This document shows positions 9,105-19,781 of a DNA stretch of 64,000 nt, in pieces. The first letter of the stretch is position 1, and the number at the start of each line of letters is the position of its first letter. Made by a program: the position numbers and the translations under genes. This DNA is from Dehalococcoidia bacterium (GTDB lineage Bacteria; Chloroflexota; Dehalococcoidia; Lucifugimonadales; QGNO01), in NCBI GenBank assembly GCA_965220545.1, contig CBDCQF010000009.1:84660-148659 (forward strand). Direction: 5' to 3'. The notes beneath the pieces were generated by a model that saw nothing but the letters and a program-made list of their open reading frames with translations, had not been told where the DNA came from and did not search any database.

Positions 9105-9168
9105 TCCCCTACCCTGTCAGGCCAGACATGCCATTTCTGTGGGGGCGGTTCGCGAACCGCCCAGAACC
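9105..9168. repeat. A-long repeat, right copy flanking the AKR gene
   Basis: Direct repeat of 7966-8032. Confidence 0.85.
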
Positions 9169-9372
9169 GCTCATGATGAGCTTACAGAACCACCACCCTG
9201 ACCTAGAACTACTTGTCAGACCACCTTGTCAAGTAGGACAATAAGATGGGCCTGCCTAGTCTGCAATAACAACGGACTGGACAGGCGCTATTTATGCCGA
9301 ACACAACGTTGTGCATCTACGTGGTGCCATTAACCGTAAAGGCATGGCATGAGCATGGAGAAGAGGATATAG

Positions 9373-12300
9373 ATGAGCGGAAAACTCAAGTTGGCTGTAA
9401 CAGTTGCACTTGTCTCCCTGGTGGTCGCCTTGATAGCGTGCGACCCGGAACCCACGCCCACGCCGACTCCTCAGCCCACCGTCGCCCCGGCGCCTACGGC
9501 TACGGCTACCGCCACTCCTGAACCCACGGCCACGGCGACCCCAACGCCCACCCCAACCCCGGCCCCCACGGCCACGCCGGTAGCCCCCGCCGCTACTCCT
9601 ACACCCACGCCTACTCCTATGCCGGAGCCCACTGCAACGCCTACGCCTACACCCGAACCGGAGCCCGAGCCTCCTCTCGTCTTTGACCCCCTGGTAGTTC
9701 GCGGAACCCTTTCCAACGGCCTGAGCTACTACATCAGGCACAACGAGGAGCCTATCGGCCGGGCCCAGATCTCGCTCGCCGTAAAGGCCGGCTCCGTCCT
9801 GGAGACGGACGACCAGCAAGGCCTCGCCCACTTCCTGGAGCACATGGCATTCAACGGTACCGAGCGCTTCGCCAAGCATGAGATCATCGACTACCTTGAG
9901 TCCATCGGCAGCACGTTCGGCCCTGACCTGAACGCCCGCACCGGCTTCGACGACACCCTCTATTTCTTTGAGATTCCGACCGGCGATCCCGAGATAACCG
10001 AGAGAGGGTTCCAGATTCTCAGCGACTGGGCCTTCTCCATAGCGCTTGAACCGGAAGAGGTCGAGCTTGAGCGCGGCGTCGTGCTGGAGGAGTGGCGCCT
10101 CTCCCAGGGATTCGACTCGCGCCTCCAGCAGAACCTGCTCGATCTCCTCTTCAGCGACTCGCTCTACGCCAGCCGCGCCCCCATCGGCCTCACCGAGGTC
10201 ATCGAGAACGCCCCACCAGAGGCCCTGCGGGCCTACTACGAGCGGTGGTACAGGCCCAACTTGATGGCTGTGGTCGCCGTGGGCGACTTCAACGTGGAGG
10301 AGATCGAAGCCAAGATCAAGCAGTACTTCGCGCCCCCGCCCGAGGGCGAAGCCGCACAGGAGCGCGCCGCCATCGGACAATCCACCGACAGGCCGCAGAT
10401 CGACGTTCCGGGCCACGAGACCCCGCTCATCGAGGTATTCACCGACCCCGAGTCTCCAGCCACCCAGTTCGTGCTCATCCGCAAGTACGACCCCGAACCG
10501 ACCGAGGACGAGGCGGATTTCAGGCGTACTATCGTTGAGAGGCTCGCCTTCATGATGCTCAACGCGCGGCTGTTCGAGCGCGGCCAAGTCGCTGAATCGC
10601 CATACATCACCGCCAGCGCGACCCGTTACAACTACGTCTACACGCTTGACATCGCCACGTTTTCGGCCTGGGTCGAGACCGACGGCGTCGAGGCCGGCCT
10701 CGCGGCCATGCTCGAGGAGATTCAGCGCGCCCACCAGCACGGCTTCACCGAGGGCGAGTTGGAGCGCGAGAAGAGCAACCTGCTCAGCTCGGTCGAGAGC
10801 CGGTACAAGCAGCGAGACCAGACGCCCTCCACGAACCTCGCCAACGCGTACGCCGACCACTTCTTCATCGGAGACCCCGTCCCCGGCATCGAGGCCGAAT
10901 GGGAGCTGTACCAGCAACTCTTGCCGCAGATCACCCTGGCCGAGTTCGCTGACGTGGCGCGGTCCTGGGCACAGACCGAGGACCTGGCCCTGCTGGTGGT
11001 GCGTCCCGAGGAGACCGACGTCGCGGGCGCCGACGACGATCTTGGCACGGCCCTGCTGACCCAGATGCAGACGGCCCACGCCCTGGCGGTGGAGCCCTAC
11101 GCCGACGACGTCGGTGACGTCCCGCTGCTGGCCAACCTGCCGGAGCCGGGGACCATCACCGCCGAAGAGCGAATCGAGTCCATCGATGCCGTGAAGTGGA
11201 CGCTGTCCAACGGCGTCACCGTCATCGCCAAGCAGACCGACTTCCGCGATGACGAGGTGCTGTTCAGGGCCTTCAGCCCCGGCGGCCACTCGCTCGTCAC
11301 CGACGAGGAACACCAGTCCGCTATCTACGCCGCCCAGCTTATCTCAGGCAGCGGCGCGGGCCCTCACGACAGCGTGACCCTGGATAAACTGCTCGCTGGC
11401 AAGAGGGTTTCGGTTGCGCCGTTTATTGGAGAGTTATTCGAAGGTCTTTCAGGCAACGCTTCTCCCGAGGACCTGGAGACCCTGTTCCAGCTCGTGACGC
11501 TGTATGCAACCGAGCCGCGGCTCGATCCCGACTTCTTCACGAGGTACAAGGCAAGGCTCCACAGCGTCGCCGAGTTCCGTGCCGCCGACCCGGATTCGGT
11601 CTTCTTCAACTCCATAAACAGTCTTCTCAGCCAGGGCCACCACCGCGGGCGGCCCTTCTCCGTCGAGGTGCTGGAGGAGCTGGACATGGAGACTGCGGAG
11701 GCCGTCTACGCCGACCGCTTCGCGGACTTGGGCGACGCAACATTTGTCTTCGTTGGCGCGTTCGACTGGGACAACCTGCGGTCGTTGACCGAGACTTACC
11801 TGGCCAGCCTGCCTACCACTGGCCGCGCCGAGGAGTGGATCGACCACGGCATCGACCCGCCGGTGGGAATAGAGGACCTCGTTGTCCGCAGCGGCATTGA
11901 GCCGCGCAGCAACACGGTCGTGGTGTACGCCGGTGATATGGAGTGGAGCCGTCAGGAGGTGCTCACACTGGACGTTGCGGGCGAGATGCTGGGGATTCGT
12001 CTGCGGGAGCGGGTGCGCGAGGAGCTGGGCGGCACCTACAGCATTGGGGTGAACGCGGGCGGCTCCAGCCTGCCGGACGAGGAATACCTGGTCTCCATAA
12101 TCTTCGGCAGCGACCCCTCTCGCACCGAGGAGCTCTTCGGCGAGGTTCTGGATGAGGTGGAGTGGCTGCGCATGGGCGGCGAGCAGGAGCTCCTGGATAC
12201 TGTCAAGGAGCTTCGGCGCACTTCCCGGCAGGAAGACCTGCGGAACAACGGGTTCTGGCTCAATCAGATCAGGGCTGCGGCGCAGCGGGGCGAGTCGTTC

Positions 12301-12432
12301 TCAGAGATAGTCGGCTTTGATGAGCTGCTAGACGCTCTGACCCTGGAGGATATCGAGGCTGTGGCGCAGCGCTACTTCACCACCGACAGCTACATACGCG
12401 TAGTGCTATTCCCGGAAGAGGAGCAGCCCTAG
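9373..12432 (+). CDS. M16-family (pitrilysin/insulinase-like) zinc peptidase lipoprotein with Thr/Pro-rich linker
   Basis: Lipobox LIAC, ~90-aa TP-rich linker, [11 protein letters not shown] (HxxEH) zinc motif, four M16 half-domains in 1019 aa. Confidence 0.9.
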   Translation: MSGKLKLAVTVALVSLVVALIACDPEPTPTPTPQPTVAPAPTATATATPEPTATATPTPTPTPAPTATPVAPAATPTPTPTPMPEPTATPTPTPEPEPEPPLVFDPLVVRGTLSNGLSYYIRHNEEPIGRAQISLAVKAGSVLETDDQQGLAHFLEHMAFNGTERFAKHEIIDYLESIGSTFGPDLNARTGFDDTLYFFEIPTGDPEITERGFQILSDWAFSIALEPEEVELERGVVLEEWRLSQGFDSRLQQNLLDLLFSDSLYASRAPIGLTEVIENAPPEALRAYYERWYRPNLMAVVAVGDFNVEEIEAKIKQYFAPPPEGEAAQERAAIGQSTDRPQIDVPGHETPLIEVFTDPESPATQFVLIRKYDPEPTEDEADFRRTIVERLAFMMLNARLFERGQVAESPYITASATRYNYVYTLDIATFSAWVETDGVEAGLAAMLEEIQRAHQHGFTEGELEREKSNLLSSVESRYKQRDQTPSTNLANAYADHFFIGDPVPGIEAEWELYQQLLPQITLAEFADVARSWAQTEDLALLVVRPEETDVAGADDDLGTALLTQMQTAHALAVEPYADDVGDVPLLANLPEPGTITAEERIESIDAVKWTLSNGVTVIAKQTDFRDDEVLFRAFSPGGHSLVTDEEHQSAIYAAQLISGSGAGPHDSVTLDKLLAGKRVSVAPFIGELFEGLSGNASPEDLETLFQLVTLYATEPRLDPDFFTRYKARLHSVAEFRAADPDSVFFNSINSLLSQGHHRGRPFSVEVLEELDMETAEAVYADRFADLGDATFVFVGAFDWDNLRSLTETYLASLPTTGRAEEWIDHGIDPPVGIEDLVVRSGIEPRSNTVVVYAGDMEWSRQEVLTLDVAGEMLGIRLRERVREELGGTYSIGVNAGGSSLPDEEYLVSIIFGSDPSRTEELFGEVLDEVEWLRMGGEQELLDTVKELRRTSRQEDLRNNGFWLNQIRAAAQRGESFSEIVGFDELLDALTLEDIEAVAQRYFTTDSYIRVVLFPEEEQP

Positions 12433-12483
12433 CGAATTTGGTTGGGCCTCCCATAGCTCCACTTAGCCAACAAGCCTCTCCTA

Positions 12484-12727
12484 CTCGTCATTGTGAGCGC
12501 AGCGAAGCAATCTGGCGGCGGCGCGGAAACATTGTAGGGGCGGTTCGCGAACCGCCCTGCTATCCACCACGTCTTGCCCGCGCAGGCGGGCACCAGGCGC
12601 GGCGCGGCGGGCACATTGTAGGGGCAACCCTCGTGGTTGCCCTAGCCTACCCCGCCTGCCCGTAAGCCCGCCCGCCACGCCAAGAACCCCTCCGCTCATG
12701 GTGAGCTTGTCGAACCATTTGAGCGGT
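12484..12727. repeat. Intergenic repeat mosaic (modules B, A, C, A-variant, D)
   Basis: gtcattgtgagcgcagcgaagcaatc; gtaggggcggttcgcgaaccgccc; cttgcccgcgcaggcgggcacc; ccgctcatggtgagcttgtcgaac; all recur elsewhere. Confidence 0.9.
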
Positions 12728-12761
12728 GATACCCTCCACCCAAACCCAGCGGGAGACGCGC

Positions 12762-13871
12762 ATGAAAGCCCTCGTCATCGGAGGAACCGGACCGTCCGGC
12801 CCCCACGTCGTCAACGGCCTCCTGGAGCGCCGTTACCAGGTTGCCGTCCTCCACGGAGGACAGCACGAGGCCGAATTCGACGCGGACGTTGAGCACATTC
12901 ACGCCGACCCTCACTTCAAGGAGACGCTGGAAGAAGGCCTGGCCAACCGCACCTTCGACGTTGCCATTGCCACCTATGGCAGGATCCGCATTGTGGCCGA
13001 CGTGCTCAAGGGCAAGACCCAGCGCCTCCTCACCGTGGGCGGCGGCGGTGTCTACGCCCGCAGCAACGACGAACGGTGGGGCCCTCTCGGCGCGCCGCCA
13101 ATGGTGCCGGAGGACGGCCCGCTTAGCCATGACCCCGACGGGCCGCGTCTCAACTACATGATGTGGGTTACGGAGCAGACCGTCATGCAAGCTCACCAGG
13201 ACGGCTTCTACGGTGCTTCCATCTTCAGGTACCCCCAGGTATACGGGCCCAACTCTCCCGCCAACCCGGAATGGAGCATAGTCCGGCGGTTGCTGGACGG
13301 CAGGAAGCGCATCATCGTCCCCAACTCCGCCGCGCCGCGCCGCCGAGCCTTCGGCAAGAACGCCGCTCACGCGCTTCTGCTCGGCGTCGACAAGCCGGAG
13401 GAGTCGTCCGGGCAAATCTTCAACGTCAGGGAGGGCGCTCAGTACTCCCAGCGCCGGATCGTCGAGTTCATCATCAAGCACATGGGCCGCGACTGCGAGA
13501 TAGTGGAGATGCCGCCCGCGCTGGCAAGCAGAGTGTACAGGGGCAGCGGAGCGCCCGCGGTGGAGGCCGTCGCCAACTACGACATCACCAAGATCAAGAG
13601 CCTGCTCGGGTACAGCGACGTCGTCCCGGTAAGCGACGCCCTTGCCTGTTCCGTCGAGTGGCTGCTGGAGAACAGGCCCGAGCCCGGTGGAGAGAACGAA
13701 ATGCAGCTCGGCGACCCCTTCGCCTATGAAGCGGAGGACGCTCTTATTGCCGCCTACAGGGAAGCGTCCGCTCTATTGGAGGCAGTCCAGTTCCCGGAGG
13801 TAGTCTCAGGCCACATGTACCGGCACCCCAGGCGACCGGGAGAGGCCTGGGCGCCGCCCAGCCGTTCTTGA
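12762..13871 (+). CDS. NAD-dependent epimerase/dehydratase family protein
   Basis: MKALVIGGTGPSGPHVV Rossmann N-terminus; the upstream part of the track ORF lies in repeat DNA. Confidence 0.8.
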   Translation: MKALVIGGTGPSGPHVVNGLLERRYQVAVLHGGQHEAEFDADVEHIHADPHFKETLEEGLANRTFDVAIATYGRIRIVADVLKGKTQRLLTVGGGGVYARSNDERWGPLGAPPMVPEDGPLSHDPDGPRLNYMMWVTEQTVMQAHQDGFYGASIFRYPQVYGPNSPANPEWSIVRRLLDGRKRIIVPNSAAPRRRAFGKNAAHALLLGVDKPEESSGQIFNVREGAQYSQRRIVEFIIKHMGRDCEIVEMPPALASRVYRGSGAPAVEAVANYDITKIKSLLGYSDVVPVSDALACSVEWLLENRPEPGGENEMQLGDPFAYEAEDALIAAYREASALLEAVQFPEVVSGHMYRHPRRPGEAWAPPSRS

Positions 13872-13886
13872 CTCGTTGACCGCCCC

Positions 13887-14075
13887 CGTTCGTCGTTCCT
13901 GCGCATAACCTCTTCCCCCTCAACGGGGGAAGATTGAGATGGGGGTGACACCGCAGCCCACAAACCACCCCGCGAGGGGCAAACCACCATTATTCGTCGT
14001 TCCTGCGCAGGCAGGAACCCAGGTGGGGCGCAGCGGCGGGGGCTTCCCTCCTTGCCCCGTATGTCCGTTCTTGAC
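13887..14075. repeat. Intergenic repeat mosaic (modules C, E, C, F)
   Basis: cgtcgttcctgcgca...; ctcttccccctcaacgggggaagattgagatgggggtga; ccttgccccgtatgtccgt. Confidence 0.9.
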
Positions 14076-14126
14076 TGGCAGACCCGTCGGGCTTATCATC
14101 CACGCAAGCGTAGGAGGTAACAAACC

Positions 14127-15491
14127 ATGACAACCAGCGAGACCTTTGAAAGTCTAGTCGACGAGTTCAGGCGGCTTTCCCACGAAGACCTGGAAAAAGA
14201 GGTCGTCGGGGAAGGTTACCCGCTCGATATGTACCTATACCCGGGCACCACTCAGCCCTACGACGCCTCAGGCCCTCCCTACAAGAGCCCCTGGGTGCTC
14301 ACCGAATCCTTGATCAAGGACTACGCTGCCAGCATCGGTGACGACAACCCCCTCTACACCAACTCCGAATACGCCAAGAGCGGCCCCTACGGTTGTCTCA
14401 TCGCGCCGGGCACCGCGCTCATCATGGCCAGAAACGCCATGTGGCACGGCGCTCGCCGTGTAGGCGGCTGGCCCATCGCCAACTTCCACTCCGGCACCGC
14501 TTGGGAGTTCTTCGACGTGCTGCGCGTAGGCACCAGCTTCAAGACCTCCTCAGTGGGCAAGGAGATCATCGAGAAGCCGGGCGCGCACGGCAACCTCTTC
14601 TTCTTCATCACCGACGTTAACTACTGGGACATGCGCGGCGACCTCTTGGGCAAGTGCTACGGCACCCTTATCATGGTCCCCCGCGAAGAGATGGGCACCG
14701 GCAGAGCCATGTCAGTGGAAAGACTGGGCGAGCGCATGATGTACGAGCGCAACGTCCCCAAGCTCAACTCAGAGCAGGTGGAGGAGATTCTCGACCTCAT
14801 GGACAAGGCCCGCCCCAGGGGCAAGGAAGTCCTCTACTGGGAGGATGTCAACGAGGGCGATAAGCTCCCCACCTTCATCATCCCGCCATGGACAGACCAG
14901 GACTGGACGTCCATGTTCCACCTGCGTAACGGCCCTCCCATGTTCGGATATAACTTTGAGGGCGGCCACAATATGCGCCGCCACATCAGGCACGAAGGCT
15001 TCGGCGGCTTTGCCTACACCCACCCCGTCTCCCGATGGCCCTGGAGCGCCGCCGACGAGCACGGCGACCCTCTCATGGCCGCCTACCGTGGCCAGGCTCT
15101 ACCCTTCGACTGGGGCGGCCAGAGGTCTCAGATACCCCAGGCCCTGATGAGCAACTGGATGGGCGACAACGGCTTCATCCGAAGGCTGCAGATGGCGCTG
15201 CGCAGGCCCTTCTACTACTCCGATATCGGCCTCTACAACGGCACGGTCACCAAGAAGTTCACGGAGGTACAGAAGGGCGAACCCGGCGAAGGCGCAGTGG
15301 ACGGAGAGCGCACCTACTACGCCGTCGGCATCAAGTACGAGGGACGCAACCAGGAAGACCAGGTCTTCGTACAGGGCACGTCCACGGTTTACTTGCCCTC
15401 ACGAGAAGGCGGCATGGTGCAGCTGCCCATCCCCCACGTGGCCAAGCCCCCGGCCATCCCCTACGAGACCTTCTACCGCGACTGGTACTAG
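14127..15491 (+). CDS. Double hotdog-fold (MaoC/FAS1-dehydratase-like) acyl dehydratase/hydratase
   Basis: 454 aa; N-terminal MaoC-like dehydratase region (YAASIGDDNPLYTN..LIAPGTAL); paralog of 58894-60042 (shared C-terminal TVYLP....LPIPH). Confidence 0.7.
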   Translation: MTTSETFESLVDEFRRLSHEDLEKEVVGEGYPLDMYLYPGTTQPYDASGPPYKSPWVLTESLIKDYAASIGDDNPLYTNSEYAKSGPYGCLIAPGTALIMARNAMWHGARRVGGWPIANFHSGTAWEFFDVLRVGTSFKTSSVGKEIIEKPGAHGNLFFFITDVNYWDMRGDLLGKCYGTLIMVPREEMGTGRAMSVERLGERMMYERNVPKLNSEQVEEILDLMDKARPRGKEVLYWEDVNEGDKLPTFIIPPWTDQDWTSMFHLRNGPPMFGYNFEGGHNMRRHIRHEGFGGFAYTHPVSRWPWSAADEHGDPLMAAYRGQALPFDWGGQRSQIPQALMSNWMGDNGFIRRLQMALRRPFYYSDIGLYNGTVTKKFTEVQKGEPGEGAVDGERTYYAVGIKYEGRNQEDQVFVQGTSTVYLPSREGGMVQLPIPHVAKPPAIPYETFYRDWY

Positions 15492-15508
15492 ACCGCATTC
15501 AAGAAAGT

Positions 15509-15539
15509 GGCCCCGACAGTTAGCTAATCTGTCGGGGCC
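15509..15539 (+). terminator. Hairpin terminator candidate after the hydratase gene
   Basis: 11-bp perfect stem ggccccgacag / ctgtcggggcc, 9-nt loop, followed only by tt (weak U tract). Confidence 0.45.
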
Positions 15540-15943
15540 TTGAGACCCGTGCTCGCTTGATCGAGCTCCTGTTTCGTCAGGACAAGAGCGGTCTTGAACC
15601 CGCCCGAGTCTCAATTGGGACCTGCCTAAAGGAAAAGCAGGCTCCACCACCCTAGGGCTTGTTAAAATCTAGCAGGCCTTCTATGCATCATAGCGCACCG
15701 ACTAGATTACTGCATTGTCAAGGTGATACCTTAGCATACCATAGCATGCCGCCACGGAACAGGCTAATGACATTAACCTGCTTGTGTTCGGTTTCGATGC
15801 TGATCAGAAGGATGGGGAAATCTGGAAGCCGCATTAAGACAAAGCTATGAGTGAGCTTGATAGTCGGCTAAAGATTGGGGGAAATGCAAAGAGGTTGAAA
15901 TTGCCAAACTGACCTGACAAAGCAATTGACCCCTCCCCCGATT

Positions 15944-15985
15944 CACAGCCGCCGCATCTCCTTCGCAAAGTAAGTCCACACCGCG
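15944..15985 (-). pseudogene. Relic of an MFS-transporter 3' end (last 13 codons plus stop)
   Basis: 39/42 nt identical to 16864-16905; encodes the same AVWTYFAKEMRRL* tail; all 3 differences synonymous. Confidence 0.6.
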
Positions 15986-15987
15986 CT

Positions 15988-16305
15988 CTACGAACTCGTC
16001 TTCACCGCAGTGCCGTATACCAGTACTTCGGACGCGCCGGACGCGATTCCCGCGGTGATGAACCTGGTGGCGACAATCGCGTCCGCGCCCATAGCCTCGG
16101 CCCTCTCGCACATTCTCCTTAGGGCCAGCTCGCGCGACTCGGCCATCAGCTTCGTGTACTCGGTAATCTCCCCTCCCGCTATGTTGCGAAAGCCCGCCAT
16201 AATGTCCCTGCCCAGATGCTTGGCGCGCACCGAGTTGGCTGTGACCATGCCCAGCACCTCGTCTATCTGCCTGCCCGGGATCTCGTCACTCGTCACTACT
16301 ATCAA
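15988..16305 (-). CDS. ybjQ: YbjQ/UPF0145 family protein
   Basis: 105 aa; full-length similarity pattern (GMVTANSVRAKHLGRDI..GGEI..Y..L....R..A..RM...A...GADAIV..R). Confidence 0.85.
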   Translation of the reverse strand: MIVVTSDEIPGRQIDEVLGMVTANSVRAKHLGRDIMAGFRNIAGGEITEYTKLMAESRELALRRMCERAEAMGADAIVATRFITAGIASGASEVLVYGTAVKTSS

Positions 16306-16535
16306 TAGTCTACTCCTTCCAGGTCCTCGTCCTTACGTTCTCTGAGTCGCTGGAGCACAGCCACCAACAATAGGACGACGCAGCCCCCGATGATGGCCGG
16401 CACGGCTATCCTGATGAGGACTGGTACCTCTTCCGCGTCAAACAGGGCGCCCACGACAGCCACGAACCAGTAGGCGGCAAGCACAGCCGCGCCTCCGGCT
16501 ACCGCAATCGCCGCCGCCCACGTCGCGATCTTCAT
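16302..16535 (-). CDS. Small two-TM membrane protein, translationally coupled to ybjQ
   Basis: 77 aa; two hydrophobic helices; stop overlaps the ybjQ TTG start (TTGA). Confidence 0.5.
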   Translation of the reverse strand: MKIATWAAAIAVAGGAAVLAAYWFVAVVGALFDAEEVPVLIRIAVPAIIGGCVVLLLVAVLQRLRERKDEDLEGVDY

Positions 16536-16718
16536 GGCGTCACTAGAGCCGAAATCGAAGCTAATCCAAACGTCAAAAGCGGGAGGACCTCCACGACAGC
16601 GGAATAATGTATCTTAAGCAGCACATAGGTAGCCTTGTTATAGCAGTCTGTCTTAGGCGCTAATTATAGAGGACGGGCAACTCTCGCTCAACTGACCGGC
16701 CCTCACAACCATCCCCAC

Positions 16719-16855
16719 TCACCTGAACCTGCCGAAGGGTCATTCTGAGCGCAGCGAAGAATCCAAAAGCCGTTTGCCCACCTTGCCCGCTCGCCCTCCT
16801 GCCCGTTTGCCCGCTTACCCACCCGTCTTTCCCGCGCAGGCGGGAAACTAGGCGG
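16719..16855. repeat. Intergenic repeat mosaic (modules D-like, B, F, C)
   Basis: ctgccgaagggtcattctgagcgcagcgaagaatcc; 8-nt-phased ttgccc units; cgtctttcccgcgcaggcgggaa. Confidence 0.9.
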
Positions 16856-16862
16856 GGCAGCC

Positions 16863-18104
16863 TCACAACCGCCGCATCTCCTTGGCAAAGTACGTCCACA
16901 CCGCGGTCATCACCAGTCCGGAAACGGACATAAGCCCAACCGCCTGCCTGGGCCCCAGCCACTCCGCCATCCCGCCCAGCATGATCCCTCCTATCGGTTC
17001 CGCGCCGATAGCCAGGCTCAGAATACCCATCGCCCTACCCCGCATCTCCTCCCTGGCCGAGATCAGTATCAACGTAGCCTGCATTGTTCCAAATCCCGAT
17101 ATCGTGGCGCCCGCCAGCATCAGCAACACCAGCGACAACGGGAACGATGTCGATAAAGAGAACACCGCCAAGATGGCCATCGAAATCAGCGTGCCGCCGT
17201 AGTAGTAGATCGACTTTCGCTGTATGTTCCCCCGCGCCGCTATGAACGTTGCTCCAACCAGAGAACCTACGCCGGAAGCTGCGCCCAGAAGCCCCATGGC
17301 GGCTGGCTCCACTTCCAGCACCTTCTTCGCGAATACCGGGATCAACGGCATGAAGGGAAAGAAAGTCAGGTTCATCAGCACTGTGACGCCCAGCACGCCC
17401 ACCATTGCCCTGCTCCTCGATACTTCGCGGAACCCTTCCGAGATGAAGGCCAGGGTCTGCTTCAAGCTGATGTTGGCTTTCTCGCGAATCTGCGGTTTCA
17501 CCCTGAGCATCAACACCACCGCCGCAACGTAGCAGCAAGCTATCAACGAGTATATGGATGCCACGTTGACAAAGCCGTCCTCGGGGATTCCTTCCAGCAT
17601 GACGCCGGCAAGCACGGGGCCCAATAGCACCGCCACCGTCATGTTTACCGTGTCCAGCGACACCGCCGACGTCAGCATCTCCTTGCCCACGATGTCGATG
17701 ACGAACGTTCTGCGCACGACCATGTCCAGGTTGAAGGAAATCCCGATGAGGAAGTTTATCGCCAGGATCCGGGGCGCAGTCGCCGTCTCGGTGAACACCA
17801 GCGCCGCCAGCAGAGCGAATAGCAGTGCGTTCGCCAGGAAGGCAAGGCCGATCAGGGTGCGACGGTCGTAAGCATCCGCGATGACTCCGGTGAACACCCC
17901 CATGAACGTCTGCGGCAGCAGAAACGCGACTCCGGCCATCTGGCTCAGGAAGACGGAGTCGGTGAGTTGGAGCACCAGGTAACCTGAAACCAGCATCGCT
18001 ATCCAGCGGGCCATCATGGCAAACAGACCCGCCCCCCACAGCAGACGATAGTCTCTGTTGGCTACTACCTGAACAATCGGTCTTTGACTGGGCGGTGAGA
18101 CCAC
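16863..18104 (-). CDS. MFS transporter
   Basis: 413 aa, ~12 predicted TM helices, DRRTL-type loop motif (DAYDRRTLI). Confidence 0.85.
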   Translation of the reverse strand: MVSPPSQRPIVQVVANRDYRLLWGAGLFAMMARWIAMLVSGYLVLQLTDSVFLSQMAGVAFLLPQTFMGVFTGVIADAYDRRTLIGLAFLANALLFALLAALVFTETATAPRILAINFLIGISFNLDMVVRRTFVIDIVGKEMLTSAVSLDTVNMTVAVLLGPVLAGVMLEGIPEDGFVNVASIYSLIACCYVAAVVLMLRVKPQIREKANISLKQTLAFISEGFREVSRSRAMVGVLGVTVLMNLTFFPFMPLIPVFAKKVLEVEPAAMGLLGAASGVGSLVGATFIAARGNIQRKSIYYYGGTLISMAILAVFSLSTSFPLSLVLLMLAGATISGFGTMQATLILISAREEMRGRAMGILSLAIGAEPIGGIMLGGMAEWLGPRQAVGLMSVSGLVMTAVWTYFAKEMRRL

Positions 18105-18185
18105 GGAATCTCGCGTTGAAAAAGATTGCTGCTAATAATTGTATCCTCTCTAGTCTAGTGCCCACACCATGTGTCCCTCACTCCA

Positions 18186-18374
18186 CTGTTATTCTGAGGA
18201 GCGGACAGCGACGAAGAATCCAAAGCCTCCCGCCCTCCTCCCTCCGTCGTTCCCGTGCAGACGGGAACCCAGGGCGGCGCGGGGCGCATTCCCTCTTTCC
18301 CCCTTGATGGGGGAAGACTGAGATGGGGGTGACGCTCCTCCCTCTTCCCCCTTCACGCCCTCTCCTGTCATTCT
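18186..18374. repeat. Intergenic repeat mosaic (modules B, C, E, then the left half of a B module cut by the IS)
   Basis: ctgttattctgagga..gaagaatccaaagcc; cgtcgttcccgtgcagacgggaacccagg; ccccttgatgggggaagactgagatgggggtga; cctgtcattct at 18364-18374. Confidence 0.9.
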
Positions 18375-18384
18375 TGTATCTTGG

Positions 18385-19481
<1,097 letters not shown>

Positions 19482-19498
19482 CAATCAAGACAGTTGCT

Positions 19499-19553
19499 GA
19501 ACGCCAGCGAAGAATCCAAGGCCGCAACAAACCAGGCAAACTCCGTCCACTGC
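19499..19553. repeat. Right half of the interrupted B module plus linker
   Basis: gaacgccagcgaagaatccaaggcc matches the B consensus. Confidence 0.85.
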
Positions 19554-19705
19554 CTGCCCGTTTGCCCTCTTGCCCGCCTGTCCGCCTGTCCGTATGCCCA
19601 TCTGTCCGTACGCCCGTATGTCCGTATGTCCGTATGTCCGTATGCCCGTATGTCCCTCCACCCCCCTCCCCCCTTGCCCTCTTGCCCTCTTGCCCTCTTG
19701 CCCTC
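19554..19705. repeat. Degenerate octanucleotide tandem array (19 x 8 nt; NTGYCCGY then 4 x ttgccctc)
   Basis: Read in strict 8-nt phase: ctgcccgt ttgccctc ttgcccgc ctgtccgc ctgtccgt atgcccat ... atgtccgt x3 ... ttgccctc x4. Confidence 0.9.
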
Positions 19706-19781
19706 CTGATGATACATTCCCCAACTGGCAATCACCCTGCCATTAAAAGCCAATCACTCACGTTGTAAGGAGCAACACTTA

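Noticed and set aside
9292-11313. 673-aa minus-strand ORF antisense to the M16 peptidase, and similar long antisense or out-of-frame ORFs (e.g. 32364-33887, 29644-30627, 29990-31294, 17035-18165, 12696-13481, 21270-21959, 34804-35457, 51973-52770, 56103-57029)
   Set aside because: They have G/R/V/D/A/P-rich low-complexity translations with no motifs. Each fully overlaps a gene with strong family signatures on the other strand or frame. This is the typical high-G+C open-frame artefact.
19554-19705. Possible CRISPR array among the short repeats
   Set aside because: The units are 8 nt and contiguous, with no spacers. The larger modules (25-45 bp) are heterogeneous, irregularly spaced and in mixed orientation. 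There are no cas genes and no regular repeat-spacer periodicity anywhere in the window.
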